Part shown: in pieces, positions 9,306-17,971 of the stretch | How the letters are laid out: every line of letters starts with the position of its first letter | Position numbering within the stretch: position 1 is the stretch's first letter | From: Oscillospiraceae bacterium | GTDB lineage: Bacteria; Bacillota; Clostridia; Oscillospirales; Oscillospiraceae | Length of the DNA stretch: 64,000 nucleotides | NCBI GenBank assembly: GCA_022800755.1 | Contig: JAAWQX010000008.1 | Coordinates: 16,675 to 80,674 of the forward strand | Direction of reading: 5' to 3' | Translations under genes and position numbers: made by a program | The notes under the pieces: model-generated | Databases searched by the model: none | Seen by the model: only the letters and a program-made list of their open reading frames with translations | Told to the model about the DNA's origin: nothing

Positions 9306-11192
9306 TTACAGCAGCCCGGACAGGTCTTCCCAGTCCGCGTAGAGTTGTTCCAACTGGGCGGTGATGGTTTCCTTTTCCTCGGCGATGTCCAGCAGTTTTT
9401 GATAGTCCGAGGCGAATTCCTCTGACTGCGCGTCCAATTGGGCGCTTTGGGCTTCCAGTTTTTCGATCTCTTTTTCCAGCTTCGCGATCTGCTTTTCGAT
9501 GTTGGGCGGACGCTTGCGCTGCTCTTTTTTCGGCTTCGGCGCGTCCTGCTTTTCCGCATTTTTTGCCGCCTGTACGAATTGAGCTTGGCGGGCTTTGTAT
9601 TCCCGGTACTGGGAAAAAGTCCCCTTGTAGTCAGTGATGTGCCCGTCCCGGAGTTCCCAGACCCGGGTGGCGAATTTTTCGATGAAATAGCGGTCATGGG
9701 ACACGAACAGCAGCGCTTCCGTGTAGTCGGATAAGGCATCCTCCATCCATTCACGGCTGGCGATGTCCAGATGGTTCGTCGGCTCGTCGAGAATGAGCAG
9801 ATTGACTTGCTCGCCCATGAGCATACACAGCTTCAAGCGGCTGCGCTCGCCGCCGGACAGGGCGCCTACGGGCTTGAACACGTCCTCGCCCATGAAGCCG
9901 AAAGCGGCCAGACGGTCCCGGGCGCCTTGGGGGGTGCATTTCGTCTCGTAGAGCATGGTGTCGTAAATGGAGCGCTCTGCGACCGGGAAGGTCACGATCT
10001 GCGGCAGGTACGCCGTGCGCACCGCCGGGCCTTTGCGGATAAAGCCGGTGTCCGGCGTTTCCTCGTTCATGATGAGCTTCAGGAACGTGGATTTTCCGGT
10101 GCCGTTGTCGCCGATGAGGGCGATGCGCTCGCCGCCGCGGATGTCCAAGGTCAAGTCGGAAAACAGCGTGCGGTCTCCGAACGCTTTGGAGACGTTGTCT
10201 ACGACCATGACTTCGTCGGCGAGAAACTCGCTCTCCTGAAACTTGACGGTGAGCTTGCGGTCTGTTTTGGGCCGCTCGGTCTGCTGGAGCTTTTCCATGC
10301 GCTTTTCCATGGAAAATGCCCGCTTGTGCAGCTTGTCGTTGCCCATAAAGGCCCATAGGTGAAGCTGTGCCGCGGCTTTTTGCAGCTGCTCCAGCTTGGC
10401 TTGGTCTTTCTCGTATTTTTTCAGCTGCTCGTCGAAACGCCGCTGGCGCTCGACCACGTAAAAACTGTAATTGCCGTTGTAAAACTCCGCCTTGCCGTCG
10501 TGGATCTCGATGGAGCGCTGGGTCACCTGGTCCAGAAAATAGCGGTCATGGCTGATGGCCAGCACGGTACCGTGGAATTTCCGCAGGTAGTCTTCCAGCC
10601 ACTCTGTGGCGTTCAGGTCCAGATGGTTGGTCGGCTCATCCAGCAGGAGGATGTCCGTGTCCTCCAAAATCAGACGGGCCAGATTCACCCGGGTCTTTTC
10701 GCCGCCGGACAGGGAATCGAAAGGCTGGGCGCGCATGGCCGGGGGAATGTCCAGGCCGTTGGCGACCCGGTTGCGCTCCCGCTCCATGTCATACCCGCCG
10801 CAGCGTTGGAATTCCGCGCTCAGGCGGTCGTATTCCTCCAAAACCTGCGGGGAGTGGTCGCTGGCCATCTCTGCAGTCAGGGCGTTGATACGCTCCTGCA
10901 TGGCATACAGCCGGCGGTGGGCATCCTGAAGGACCATGTCTGTGGTATAGCCCTCGGGGTAAACGGGGATTTGAGAAATCAGGCCCAGGCGCTTGCCCTT
11001 ATAAATCGATACGGTGCCTTCATCCGAACGCAGTTCACCGGTGAGGATCCGGAACAGTGTGGTTTTGCCGCAGCCGTTCCGGCCCAGGATGCCCACCCGC
11101 TCACCGGTGTTTACCTCAAAGGATAAGCCGTCTAATATGTTTTTGTCCTGCTCAAAGGACTTTACCAGCCCTTTGACTGAAATGTCGATCAT
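9306..11192 (-). CDS. ABC-F family ATPase (translation/ribosome-associated type) with C-terminal coiled coil
   Basis: Two ABC cassettes without a TM domain (GRNGCGKTT, GDNGTGKST; LSGGEKTR, LSGGERSR), an inter-domain linker, and a KLEKEIEKLEAQ coiled-coil tail. Confidence 0.85.
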   Translation of the reverse strand: MIDISVKGLVKSFEQDKNILDGLSFEVNTGERVGILGRNGCGKTTLFRILTGELRSDEGTVSIYKGKRLGLISQIPVYPEGYTTDMVLQDAHRRLYAMQERINALTAEMASDHSPQVLEEYDRLSAEFQRCGGYDMERERNRVANGLDIPPAMRAQPFDSLSGGEKTRVNLARLILEDTDILLLDEPTNHLDLNATEWLEDYLRKFHGTVLAISHDRYFLDQVTQRSIEIHDGKAEFYNGNYSFYVVERQRRFDEQLKKYEKDQAKLEQLQKAAAQLHLWAFMGNDKLHKRAFSMEKRMEKLQQTERPKTDRKLTVKFQESEFLADEVMVVDNVSKAFGDRTLFSDLTLDIRGGERIALIGDNGTGKSTFLKLIMNEETPDTGFIRKGPAVRTAYLPQIVTFPVAERSIYDTMLYETKCTPQGARDRLAAFGFMGEDVFKPVGALSGGERSRLKLCMLMGEQVNLLILDEPTNHLDIASREWMEDALSDYTEALLFVSHDRYFIEKFATRVWELRDGHITDYKGTFSQYREYKARQAQFVQAAKNAEKQDAPKPKKEQRKRPPNIEKQIAKLEKEIEKLEAQSAQLDAQSEEFASDYQKLLDIAEEKETITAQLEQLYADWEDLSGLL

Positions 11193-11206
11193 GGGTAACT
11201 CCTAAA

Positions 11207-12484
11207 TCAATTTGCGACTGCCTTTTGCAGTACCCGGTTGGCAATGGCTCCGGCGACGGACAGCCCGCCGCCGCCCCGCTCCACCTGCACAACGAAGGCG
11301 TAGGGGTGTGCCTCGTCGTCCAGGAAGCCCACGAACCAGGCATGGTCTGTGCCGTCGCCCACCTCGGCGGTGCCGGTTTTGGCACAGACGTTCAAGCCCG
11401 GGAATGACCCGGCACCGTATGCGTACTGTACGTTATAGTTCATCATGGACGCCATTTTCTCCGCGGTATCCGCGTCCAGCAGCTTTGTGGTTTTCTGGCT
11501 CCGGCCGTGGCCTACCATGGTAGGTTCCACCAGGGTGCCGCCGTTGCCGATGGCGGATACCAGGCGCAGCATGGTGTTGGGACAGACCAGGTCTGTGGAT
11601 TGCCCGATGGCGGACCAGGACAGGTTGATGTTGCCTTTTTCGTAGGGGTCGATGCTGCCCGCCGTGGTGTAGATGCCGTCGATGGCGTGGCTTTCCGTGA
11701 TGCCCAGTTTCTTCGCGTAAGCCAGCAGCACGTCGGAGCCGAGGGTCTGGGCCAGCTCGGAAAAGGCGCAGTTGCAGGAATTCGCCAGCGCCTGCTCGAT
11801 GGTCTGGTTCCCGTGTACACCGGTGCAGTTGAGCTGGTCGGCGCCTACCATGACGCTTCCGCCGCAGTAGAAAGTGCGGTCGTAAATATCGTCGATGGTT
11901 TCCAGCGCCGCGGCAAGCGTTACCAGCTTGAAGACCGAGCCGGGGACGTATGCGGCGCTGATGGCCCGGTTGAGGTAAGCGCCGTCGGGGATGTTGTCCG
12001 GGGTATTCGGGTCCATGGACGGGGAGGAGACCATGCACAGCAGTTCCCCGGTCTTGTAATTGACAATTTGCACCGAGCCTTTTCGCCCGGCCAAGGCGGC
12101 GTAGGCTTCATTATTGAGATTCGCGTCCACGGTGAGGTGGGCTTTGTGAACTTGGGGGTGATAGGTGCCGTTGATGAGATCAAAGCCCGCCAGTTCTCCG
12201 GTGAGCCGGGTCAGCGCGCCGGTGCCTACGTTGCCGATGTAATCGCCGGTGACATGGAAATTTGCCACGCGGGTGGTGTAGTCGTCAGAATATGTTTTTG
12301 CTCCGGCATCAGCCAGAAGTATGTCATTTCGGTCATAGAGCAGTCCCATGGTGGTGCCGCCGCCGGAAAAGGACGCCCATTCCCGCCCATGGAGTACGTA
12401 CCGGGCGCAGTATAGGGCCAGGCCCAGGGCGCAAAACAGCGCGATCAGCAGTACAAAAGCGCCTCTGTTTTTTACTTTTTTCAT
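11207..12484 (-). CDS. Penicillin-binding transpeptidase (class B, PbpA/FtsI-like)
   Basis: N-terminal TM. SxxK (SVFK), SxN (SCN) and KTG (KTGTAE) motifs. Confidence 0.8.
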   Translation of the reverse strand: MKKVKNRGAFVLLIALFCALGLALYCARYVLHGREWASFSGGGTTMGLLYDRNDILLADAGAKTYSDDYTTRVANFHVTGDYIGNVGTGALTRLTGELAGFDLINGTYHPQVHKAHLTVDANLNNEAYAALAGRKGSVQIVNYKTGELLCMVSSPSMDPNTPDNIPDGAYLNRAISAAYVPGSVFKLVTLAAALETIDDIYDRTFYCGGSVMVGADQLNCTGVHGNQTIEQALANSCNCAFSELAQTLGSDVLLAYAKKLGITESHAIDGIYTTAGSIDPYEKGNINLSWSAIGQSTDLVCPNTMLRLVSAIGNGGTLVEPTMVGHGRSQKTTKLLDADTAEKMASMMNYNVQYAYGAGSFPGLNVCAKTGTAEVGDGTDHAWFVGFLDDEAHPYAFVVQVERGGGGLSVAGAIANRVLQKAVAN

Positions 12485-14178
12485 GCTTTTGCACCCCGTT
12501 TCCGCTGCTTGATCTCCGCACGCTTGACCACGAAGCTGGCGTCTTTCCGGGTGTCCGCCGCTTTGATGAAGGCAAGGAGCATCCAGCAGGACAGCAGGCT
12601 GGTCCCGCCTTTGGAGACAAAGGGGAAGGTCACACCGGTGAAAGGCAGGATGTCCAGAGAACCGAAGATATTCAGCGCCATCTGGATCATCAGCAGGGCG
12701 ACAGACGCGCCCGCCGCGATGACGTAGTAGGTGGAACGCCCGTGGGACGCGGAACGGAACACGAACAGCGCCAGGGCGATAATGGACAAAGCGGCGATGA
12801 TCGCCACGATCAGGCCCAGTTCCTCGCAGATGACAGCGAAGACCATGTCCGTGTTGGCGGCTACGATATTTTTCAGCCAGCCCTCACCGGCGCCGTGTCC
12901 GAACAATCCGCCGGAAGCGGCCGCGGACAGCGCGCGGGTCTGCTGGAAGCCCGCCCCGTATGGGTCAGCCCAGACATGGCCCCAGGTGGCGAAGCGCTGG
13001 GCGATATACGGCTTCATGGTGAACACCAGAAAGCCCGCCATGGCCGCGCCGGAGATTGCCAGAAAGACCGTGGCGATGGAGCCGGAGCGCATGAAAGAGA
13101 TGATCAGGAAGGTCACAAAGAAAATGACTGCTGTGCCGTAGTCGCCCATTAAGGCCAGGGCCATGACGCAAATGGCGGAAAAAGCGATGAAAAACAGCAG
13201 GTTCCGCCGGGCGAACAGACGCTCCAGAGAGGCCGCGCCTGCATAGATATACAGTACCTTTACCAGTTCTGAGGGCTGGAGGGAGAAGCCACCGATGTAC
13301 AGCCAGTTTTTCGCGCCGAATACGTATTCGCTCAAGATAAGGTTGACGAAGAGAAAGCCCATGGCGGCGATGACCGCCGGCCAGCGAAGGGCCTTGGCAC
13401 GCCGCAGGTCCCGCAGCCACCAGCCCATGGCGAAAAACAAAGCCACGCCCATGATGAGCAGCAGCAGCGTTTTCACCAGCGCTTCGGGCGTAGACGACGC
13501 GACGATGGACAGGCCCAGGGTGGTCAGGAAAAACGCGATGGTCTCTACCTCAAAGCCATTGCGCCGGATGGAGCGGATCAGCAGGTAGCACAGCCATTCA
13601 ATGGCCAGCAGCGCGAAAAAGGAAAGGCAGGTGACAATCAGGTATTCATCCTTGGCGGTAAAGCAGTATTGCAGCATGATGAGCGCCTGGAACAATGACA
13701 AAACCAGCAGCGTCGCTCCGGGGTTGATGCTCGTTCCGGCGGCGGTGCGGGACTTGTCCACGCTGCGCAGTTCGCCGGCGGTCACGTCTGCGAAGCCCAG
13801 GGTGGTGGAAGCCAAACGTATTTTATCTCCGTTTTTTACTTCCAGGCCCCTTCTGGGGACCTTTTCTTTGCCCACATACACCCCACCACGGGAATTTATA
13901 TCGAAAATGCGCCAGATGCCCTTGTCGTTGCGGATCAGTACCGCGTGGATGCGGGATACGTCCGGCGCGTTCACCACGATGTCTGAAGTTTTCGCCCGGC
14001 CGATCACGCACTCCCAATGGGGCAGCGGCGCGGCGCTGGCGTCCGGGAAAATGAGGTGTCCCCAGACTTCCGGCTCGTATTTTTCACTGAGCATGGAACG
14101 CAGGCAGCGCGCCACCACCCAGGCCGCCAGGATCGGCAGGAGATACCGGGTCAGCGTAATGACCGCAGTTCCCGTCAT
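12481..14178 (-). CDS. FHA domain fused to FtsW/RodA/SpoVE (SEDS) family protein
   Basis: Start taken at MTGTAVITL (cat at 14176-14178) with a GGAGG 8 nt upstream. FHA-like segment VIGRAKTSDIVV..VSRIHAVLIRND..NSRGGVYVG, then about 10 TM of SEDS sequence (FSLQPSELVK, GHGAGEG, PFVSKGGTS). 4-nt overlap with the PBP gene. Confidence 0.8.
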   Translation of the reverse strand: MTGTAVITLTRYLLPILAAWVVARCLRSMLSEKYEPEVWGHLIFPDASAAPLPHWECVIGRAKTSDIVVNAPDVSRIHAVLIRNDKGIWRIFDINSRGGVYVGKEKVPRRGLEVKNGDKIRLASTTLGFADVTAGELRSVDKSRTAAGTSINPGATLLVLSLFQALIMLQYCFTAKDEYLIVTCLSFFALLAIEWLCYLLIRSIRRNGFEVETIAFFLTTLGLSIVASSTPEALVKTLLLLIMGVALFFAMGWWLRDLRRAKALRWPAVIAAMGFLFVNLILSEYVFGAKNWLYIGGFSLQPSELVKVLYIYAGAASLERLFARRNLLFFIAFSAICVMALALMGDYGTAVIFFVTFLIISFMRSGSIATVFLAISGAAMAGFLVFTMKPYIAQRFATWGHVWADPYGAGFQQTRALSAAASGGLFGHGAGEGWLKNIVAANTDMVFAVICEELGLIVAIIAALSIIALALFVFRSASHGRSTYYVIAAGASVALLMIQMALNIFGSLDILPFTGVTFPFVSKGGTSLLSCWMLLAFIKAADTRKDASFVVKRAEIKQRKRGAKA

Positions 14179-14287
14179 AGGCAAGGCCTCCTCTCGGAAA
14201 AAGAACAATGATTCTCATAAGTATAACATTGTTCGGCGGATTTTACAATATAAAATGGACGGGGCCGAAAAGATACGCAAAAAACCA

Positions 14288-14316
14288 TTGACAACGCCGA
14301 AAAACCTTGCTAAAAT
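14288..14316 (+). promoter_or_regulatory. Sigma-A-type promoter for T-box/ilvE copy 1
   Basis: TTGACA, 17 nt spacer, TAAAAT. Confidence 0.55.
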
Positions 14317-14324
14317 GAATCCAG

Positions 14325-14622
14325 CGATTTTATATCGGGTCATAAACGCGATGAAGGGAACAGGTTTCGCGCTGTTGCTTGCACAGAGAACCGGCCGGGT
14401 GGTGTAAGGCCGGAGAAGCGGTCCGCGGGGCGTCCTCCCGGAGCGGCATTGCCCAAGGGTGTTTTGCCTTGTAAGCAATGACGGGAACTGCCGTTAAAAC
14501 AGTGGGATTTCCTCGGGAATCCATAAGGTGCGCCCAATTTGGGCGAAGAAGAGTGGTACCGCGAAAAGTTTCGGCTTTCCGTCTCTTTGCAGTCAGCAGG
14601 GAGCGGAGGGCTTTTTTGTTTG
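14325..14622 (+). promoter_or_regulatory. T-box riboswitch leader (copy 1)
   Basis: K-turn-like CGCGAUGAAGGG start, AGAGA bulge, GGUGGUG distal element, conserved T-box sequence GAGUGGUACCGCG (14551-14563), and a terminator hairpin ending in CUUUUUUGUUUG. Confidence 0.8.
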
Positions 14623-14666
14623 TCCGTTTCCCAGTTCTACGAAACGTCGAAAAGGAGAGAAACAGC

Positions 14667-15731
14667 ATGGAAATCAAAATCAACAAAACCACTGCACCGA
14701 AAACCAAGCCCCCGGTGGTTGGCCTGCCCTTCGGCAAGGAATTTACCGACCATATGTTCCTGATGGATTATGACGCGGCTACCGGCTGGCATGATCCCCG
14801 GATCGTTCCCTACGCGCCCATCCAGCTGGAGCTTGGCGCGGTGGTGTTCCATTACGGGCAGGAAATTTTCGAGGGCATGAAAGCGTACCGCACCAAGGAA
14901 GGGAACATTCAGATGTTCCGGCCTATCGAGAATATCCGGCGTATGAATAATACCGCGGAGCGTTTGTGCGTACCGCCTATTGACGAACAGGACTTCATGC
15001 AGGCTCTTAAAACGCTGCTGGAAGTCGAAAAAGACTGGGTGCCCAGCGAAGAGGGGACCAGCCTGTATATTCGTCCGCTGACCATCGCGACGGAATCCCA
15101 GCTGGGGGTTCACGCGTCCCAGAAATACCTGTTTGCCATTATCTGCTGCGTGGTGGATAAGTATTACAAAGAAGGTCTGAACCCCGTCAAGATTATGGTG
15201 GAAGACCACGACGTGCGTGCGGTGCGGGGCGGCACGGGCTATACCAAGTGCGGCGCGAACTACGCCATTTCCCTGCGGGCCGGCGAAGTCGCCGCGAAAA
15301 AGGGCTTTTCCCAGGTGCTTTGGCTGGACGGTGTGCATCAGAAGTACGTGGAAGAGGTCGGGTCCATGAACGTTATGTTCAAGATCGCGGGGAAGATCGT
15401 GACCCCGTCTCTGGATGGCAGCATTTTGCCCGGCGTCACGAGAAAGTCCTGCCTGGAGCTGCTACGCAGTTGGGGCATGGAAGTGGAGGAACGGCTGCTG
15501 AGCATCGACGAACTGATTGAGGCGGCCCAGAGCGGCGCGTTGGAGGAAGCCTGGGGCACCGGCACCGCCGCGGTCATCTCGCCCATCGGGGAACTGTATT
15601 TCCACGACAAGGGCTACACCATCGCGGGCAACAAGATCGGCCCTGTGTCCCAGAAACTGTACGATACCCTGACGGGCATCCAGTGGGGGACCGCGCCGGA
15701 TACCTTCGGCTGGGTCGAGCCGGTGTGCTGA
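14667..15731 (+). CDS. ilvE: Branched-chain amino acid aminotransferase (copy 1)
   Basis: MEIKINKTTAPK...FEGMKAYR...GTGYTKCGANYA...EEAWGTGTAAV, typical class IV BCAT. RBS aaaggagaga upstream. Confidence 0.9.
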   Translation: MEIKINKTTAPKTKPPVVGLPFGKEFTDHMFLMDYDAATGWHDPRIVPYAPIQLELGAVVFHYGQEIFEGMKAYRTKEGNIQMFRPIENIRRMNNTAERLCVPPIDEQDFMQALKTLLEVEKDWVPSEEGTSLYIRPLTIATESQLGVHASQKYLFAIICCVVDKYYKEGLNPVKIMVEDHDVRAVRGGTGYTKCGANYAISLRAGEVAAKKGFSQVLWLDGVHQKYVEEVGSMNVMFKIAGKIVTPSLDGSILPGVTRKSCLELLRSWGMEVEERLLSIDELIEAAQSGALEEAWGTGTAAVISPIGELYFHDKGYTIAGNKIGPVSQKLYDTLTGIQWGTAPDTFGWVEPVC

Positions 15732-15819
15732 AAAATAGAATTGCACCTTTGCGTTTTCGTCGAGTCTGTGGTAAACTATATTCTGCATTTTTTGAGATCA
15801 ATAAAAAGGAGTTTGAATC

Positions 15820-16209
15820 ATGCATCGGAAACGTTTGATCGCCGGGAGCTTGGCGGCTTTGATGGTTGCTTTGCTGGTCATCCCGGTATCCGCCCACTGC
15901 GGCCGCCGGCGCGCGGCGGCACCCGCGAATACGGCTTGCTATGTATGCGAGGTGGAAGGCTGCACGAAGTTGGGGCGGCACAGCCATGACGGGACCGTTT
16001 ACTGCGGCTATGACCACGAAAACGGGATCTGCGACGGCAAATGCTTGGCCATCTGCGCCGACGAGGACTGCACGATTGCCGGATGCCATACGCATAACGG
16101 AACGACTTACTGCGGCACCCACCACGAGGCGGGCTTTTGCGACGGGAACTGCCAGACCTATGTGGCCCCAAACGGACACCATCGCGGTCACGGCGGGCAT
16201 CACTGCTGA
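15820..16209 (+). CDS. Small secreted Cys/His-rich protein with an internal ~35-aa tandem repeat and His-rich tail (unknown function)
   Basis: RBS aaaggag 9 nt upstream of the ATG. Signal peptide MHRKRLIAGSLAALMVALLVIPVSA. Repeat C-x4-C-x5-H-x-H-x-G-T-x-Y-C-G-x2-H-E-x-G-x-C-D-G-x-C occurs twice. C-terminus HHRGHGGHHC. Strong terminator immediately downstream. Confidence 0.6.
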   Translation: MHRKRLIAGSLAALMVALLVIPVSAHCGRRRAAAPANTACYVCEVEGCTKLGRHSHDGTVYCGYDHENGICDGKCLAICADEDCTIAGCHTHNGTTYCGTHHEAGFCDGNCQTYVAPNGHHRGHGGHHC

Positions 16210-16212
16210 ATC

Positions 16213-16250
16213 AAAAAGACGTCTGAACCTCTGGTTCAGACGTCTTTTTC
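16213..16250. terminator. Bidirectional rho-independent terminator
   Basis: aaaaagacgtctgaacc-tct-ggttcagacgtcttttt (13-bp perfect stem flanked by A and T runs). Confidence 0.85.
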
Positions 16251-16390
16251 AAATATCAGGTCGATTCGGAGATATCTTCCATAAGAGGTGGCTTCTGTGG
16301 GAATAAAGCCAATATAGCGGTACCCCTTTTGGCATATGTGGTGATGATTTCCCGGTGCTTAATGGTTTTGCCGACAACCCAGCCGCTCAC
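16236..16390 (-). pseudogene. Possible decayed C-terminal remnant of a GNAT-like acetyltransferase
   Basis: Two minus-strand frames read GKTIKHREIITTYAKR and then GYRYIGFIPTEATSYGRYLRIDLIFEKDV-stop, joined by a frameshift near ccaaaagggg. There is no N-terminal part. Confidence 0.3.
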
Positions 16391-16415
16391 GCTTTACAGC
16401 AATAAAATTTTCCTC

Positions 16416-16443
16416 TTGACATTTTTCGCCGCCGTGCTATAAT
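16416..16443 (+). promoter_or_regulatory. Sigma-A-type promoter for T-box/ilvE copy 2
   Basis: TTGACA, 16 nt spacer, TATAAT. Confidence 0.55.
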
Positions 16444-16449
16444 AGATCC

Positions 16450-16722
16450 AATTTCAAACGCGTTGACGAGAAGTAGTACCCCTGCAAAACTGCGCAGAGA
16501 GCCGGCCGGGCGGTGGAAGGCCGGAGAGGGATGCGGGGCGAACTGGTCTTACCAGCGGCTCTGCTGAACCACAGTAGGCAGGGACGGGAGCCTCCGTTAG
16601 ATGGGCAGGACGTAGCAGCGCCCGTGAGTGCGTCCGTAAGGGCGAAAAAGAGTGGTACCGCGAAAAGCTTCAGCTTTCCGTCTCTTTGCAAACAAGCAAG
16701 GGGGATGGAAGGCTTTTTTGTT
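16450..16722 (+). promoter_or_regulatory. T-box riboswitch leader (copy 2)
   Basis: UUGACGAGAAGUAGUA K-turn/S-turn-like start, CAGAGAG bulge, GGCGGUGGAA distal element, T-box sequence GAGUGGUACCGCG (16650-16662), and a terminator ending in GGCUUUUUUGUUU. The 3' half is nearly identical to copy 1. Confidence 0.8.
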
Positions 16723-16757
16723 TCCCTTTGCAAACCTGAAAGAAAGAGGAGAACACC

Positions 16758-17825
16758 ATGGAAATCAAAATCACCAAGACCACTGCCCCCAAGCAGAAGC
16801 CCGACGAGCACAATCTGCCCTTTGGCACCTATATGACCGACCACATGTTCGTGATGCACTACGATACCGACCAGGGCGGCTGGCACGACCCGGAGATCAA
16901 GCCCTATGGCCCCATTGAGCTGCTGCCGGCCTGCTCCGTGTTCCATTATGCCCAGGAGTGCTTCGAGGGCATGAAGGCGTACCGCACCGACGAGGGCAAG
17001 GTGCAGTTGTTCCGGCCTATGGAAAATGTCCGCCGGATGAATACCTCCTGCGAGCGTCTTTGCATCCCCGAGCTGCCGGAGGATGTGATGTACAACGCCA
17101 TCAAGACACTGGTGACGGTGGACGAGGAATGGGTGCCTCATCTGCCGGGGACGAGTCTGTATATCCGGCCATTCGTGTTCGGGACGGAAAATTACGTGGG
17201 TCTGCGCATCCCCGACCATTACCTGTGCATGATCATCTGCTGCCCAGTGGGTAACTACTATAAAGAGGGCATCAACCCGGTGAAGATCATCATTGAGGAA
17301 CGGGACGTGCGCGCGGTGCGGGGCGGCACGGGCTATACCAAGGCCGGCGCGAACTACGCCATTTCCATGCGTGCGGAGAATGTTGCTGAGCGGAGCGGCT
17401 ATACCCAGGTGCTTTGGCTGGACGGTGTGCACCGCAAGTATATCGAGGAAGTTGGGTCTATGAACGTGATGTTTAAAATTGCCGGCAAGGTGGTCACACC
17501 GGCGCTGGAGGGCAGCGTTTTGCCCGGCATCACCCGGAAGTCCTGCATTGAGGTCATGAAAAGCTGGGGGCTGGCGGTGGAGGAACGGCATATCTCCATT
17601 GACGAACTGATGGAGTGCATCAAGAACGGCACCCTGGAGGAAGCCTGGGGCACTGGTACCGCTGCGGTGGTGTCGCCCATCGGCGTGCTGAACTACGAGG
17701 GGAAGGAATATACCGTGGGCAGCGGCGGCATTGGGGAAGTGACCCAGCGGCTGTACGACGAACTGACCGGCATCCAGTGGGGCAAGCGCCCTGACCCGTT
17801 TGGGTGGACTGATCCGGTGTGCTGA
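16758..17825 (+). CDS. ilvE: Branched-chain amino acid aminotransferase (copy 2, paralog)
   Basis: Colinear with copy 1 along its whole length and roughly two-thirds identical by eye. Same catalytic-region motifs. Confidence 0.9.
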   Translation: MEIKITKTTAPKQKPDEHNLPFGTYMTDHMFVMHYDTDQGGWHDPEIKPYGPIELLPACSVFHYAQECFEGMKAYRTDEGKVQLFRPMENVRRMNTSCERLCIPELPEDVMYNAIKTLVTVDEEWVPHLPGTSLYIRPFVFGTENYVGLRIPDHYLCMIICCPVGNYYKEGINPVKIIIEERDVRAVRGGTGYTKAGANYAISMRAENVAERSGYTQVLWLDGVHRKYIEEVGSMNVMFKIAGKVVTPALEGSVLPGITRKSCIEVMKSWGLAVEERHISIDELMECIKNGTLEEAWGTGTAAVVSPIGVLNYEGKEYTVGSGGIGEVTQRLYDELTGIQWGKRPDPFGWTDPVC

Positions 17826-17848
17826 ACTTGTTTTATTATGTATCTGGA

Positions 17849-17887
17849 CCGTCCCTGTGTGCTGGGAGCACACAGGGACGGTTTTTG
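17849..17887 (+). terminator. Rho-independent terminator
   Basis: ccgtccctgtgtgct-ggg-agcacacagggacgg followed by tttttg. Confidence 0.85.
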
Positions 17888-17971
17888 CCGCCGAAAAATT
17901 TATTGAAGATATTCAAACTTTTTATCCACACGAATTGTCTAATAACCAGAATACCAAAAGGAGAGAGAAAC

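Noticed and set aside
16437-17873. 478-aa minus-strand ORF antisense to T-box leader 2 and ilvE copy 2.
   Set aside because: It is antisense to a gene with unambiguous BCAT sequence. Its composition is His/Arg/Gly/Pro-rich and low-complexity, with no RBS or motif.
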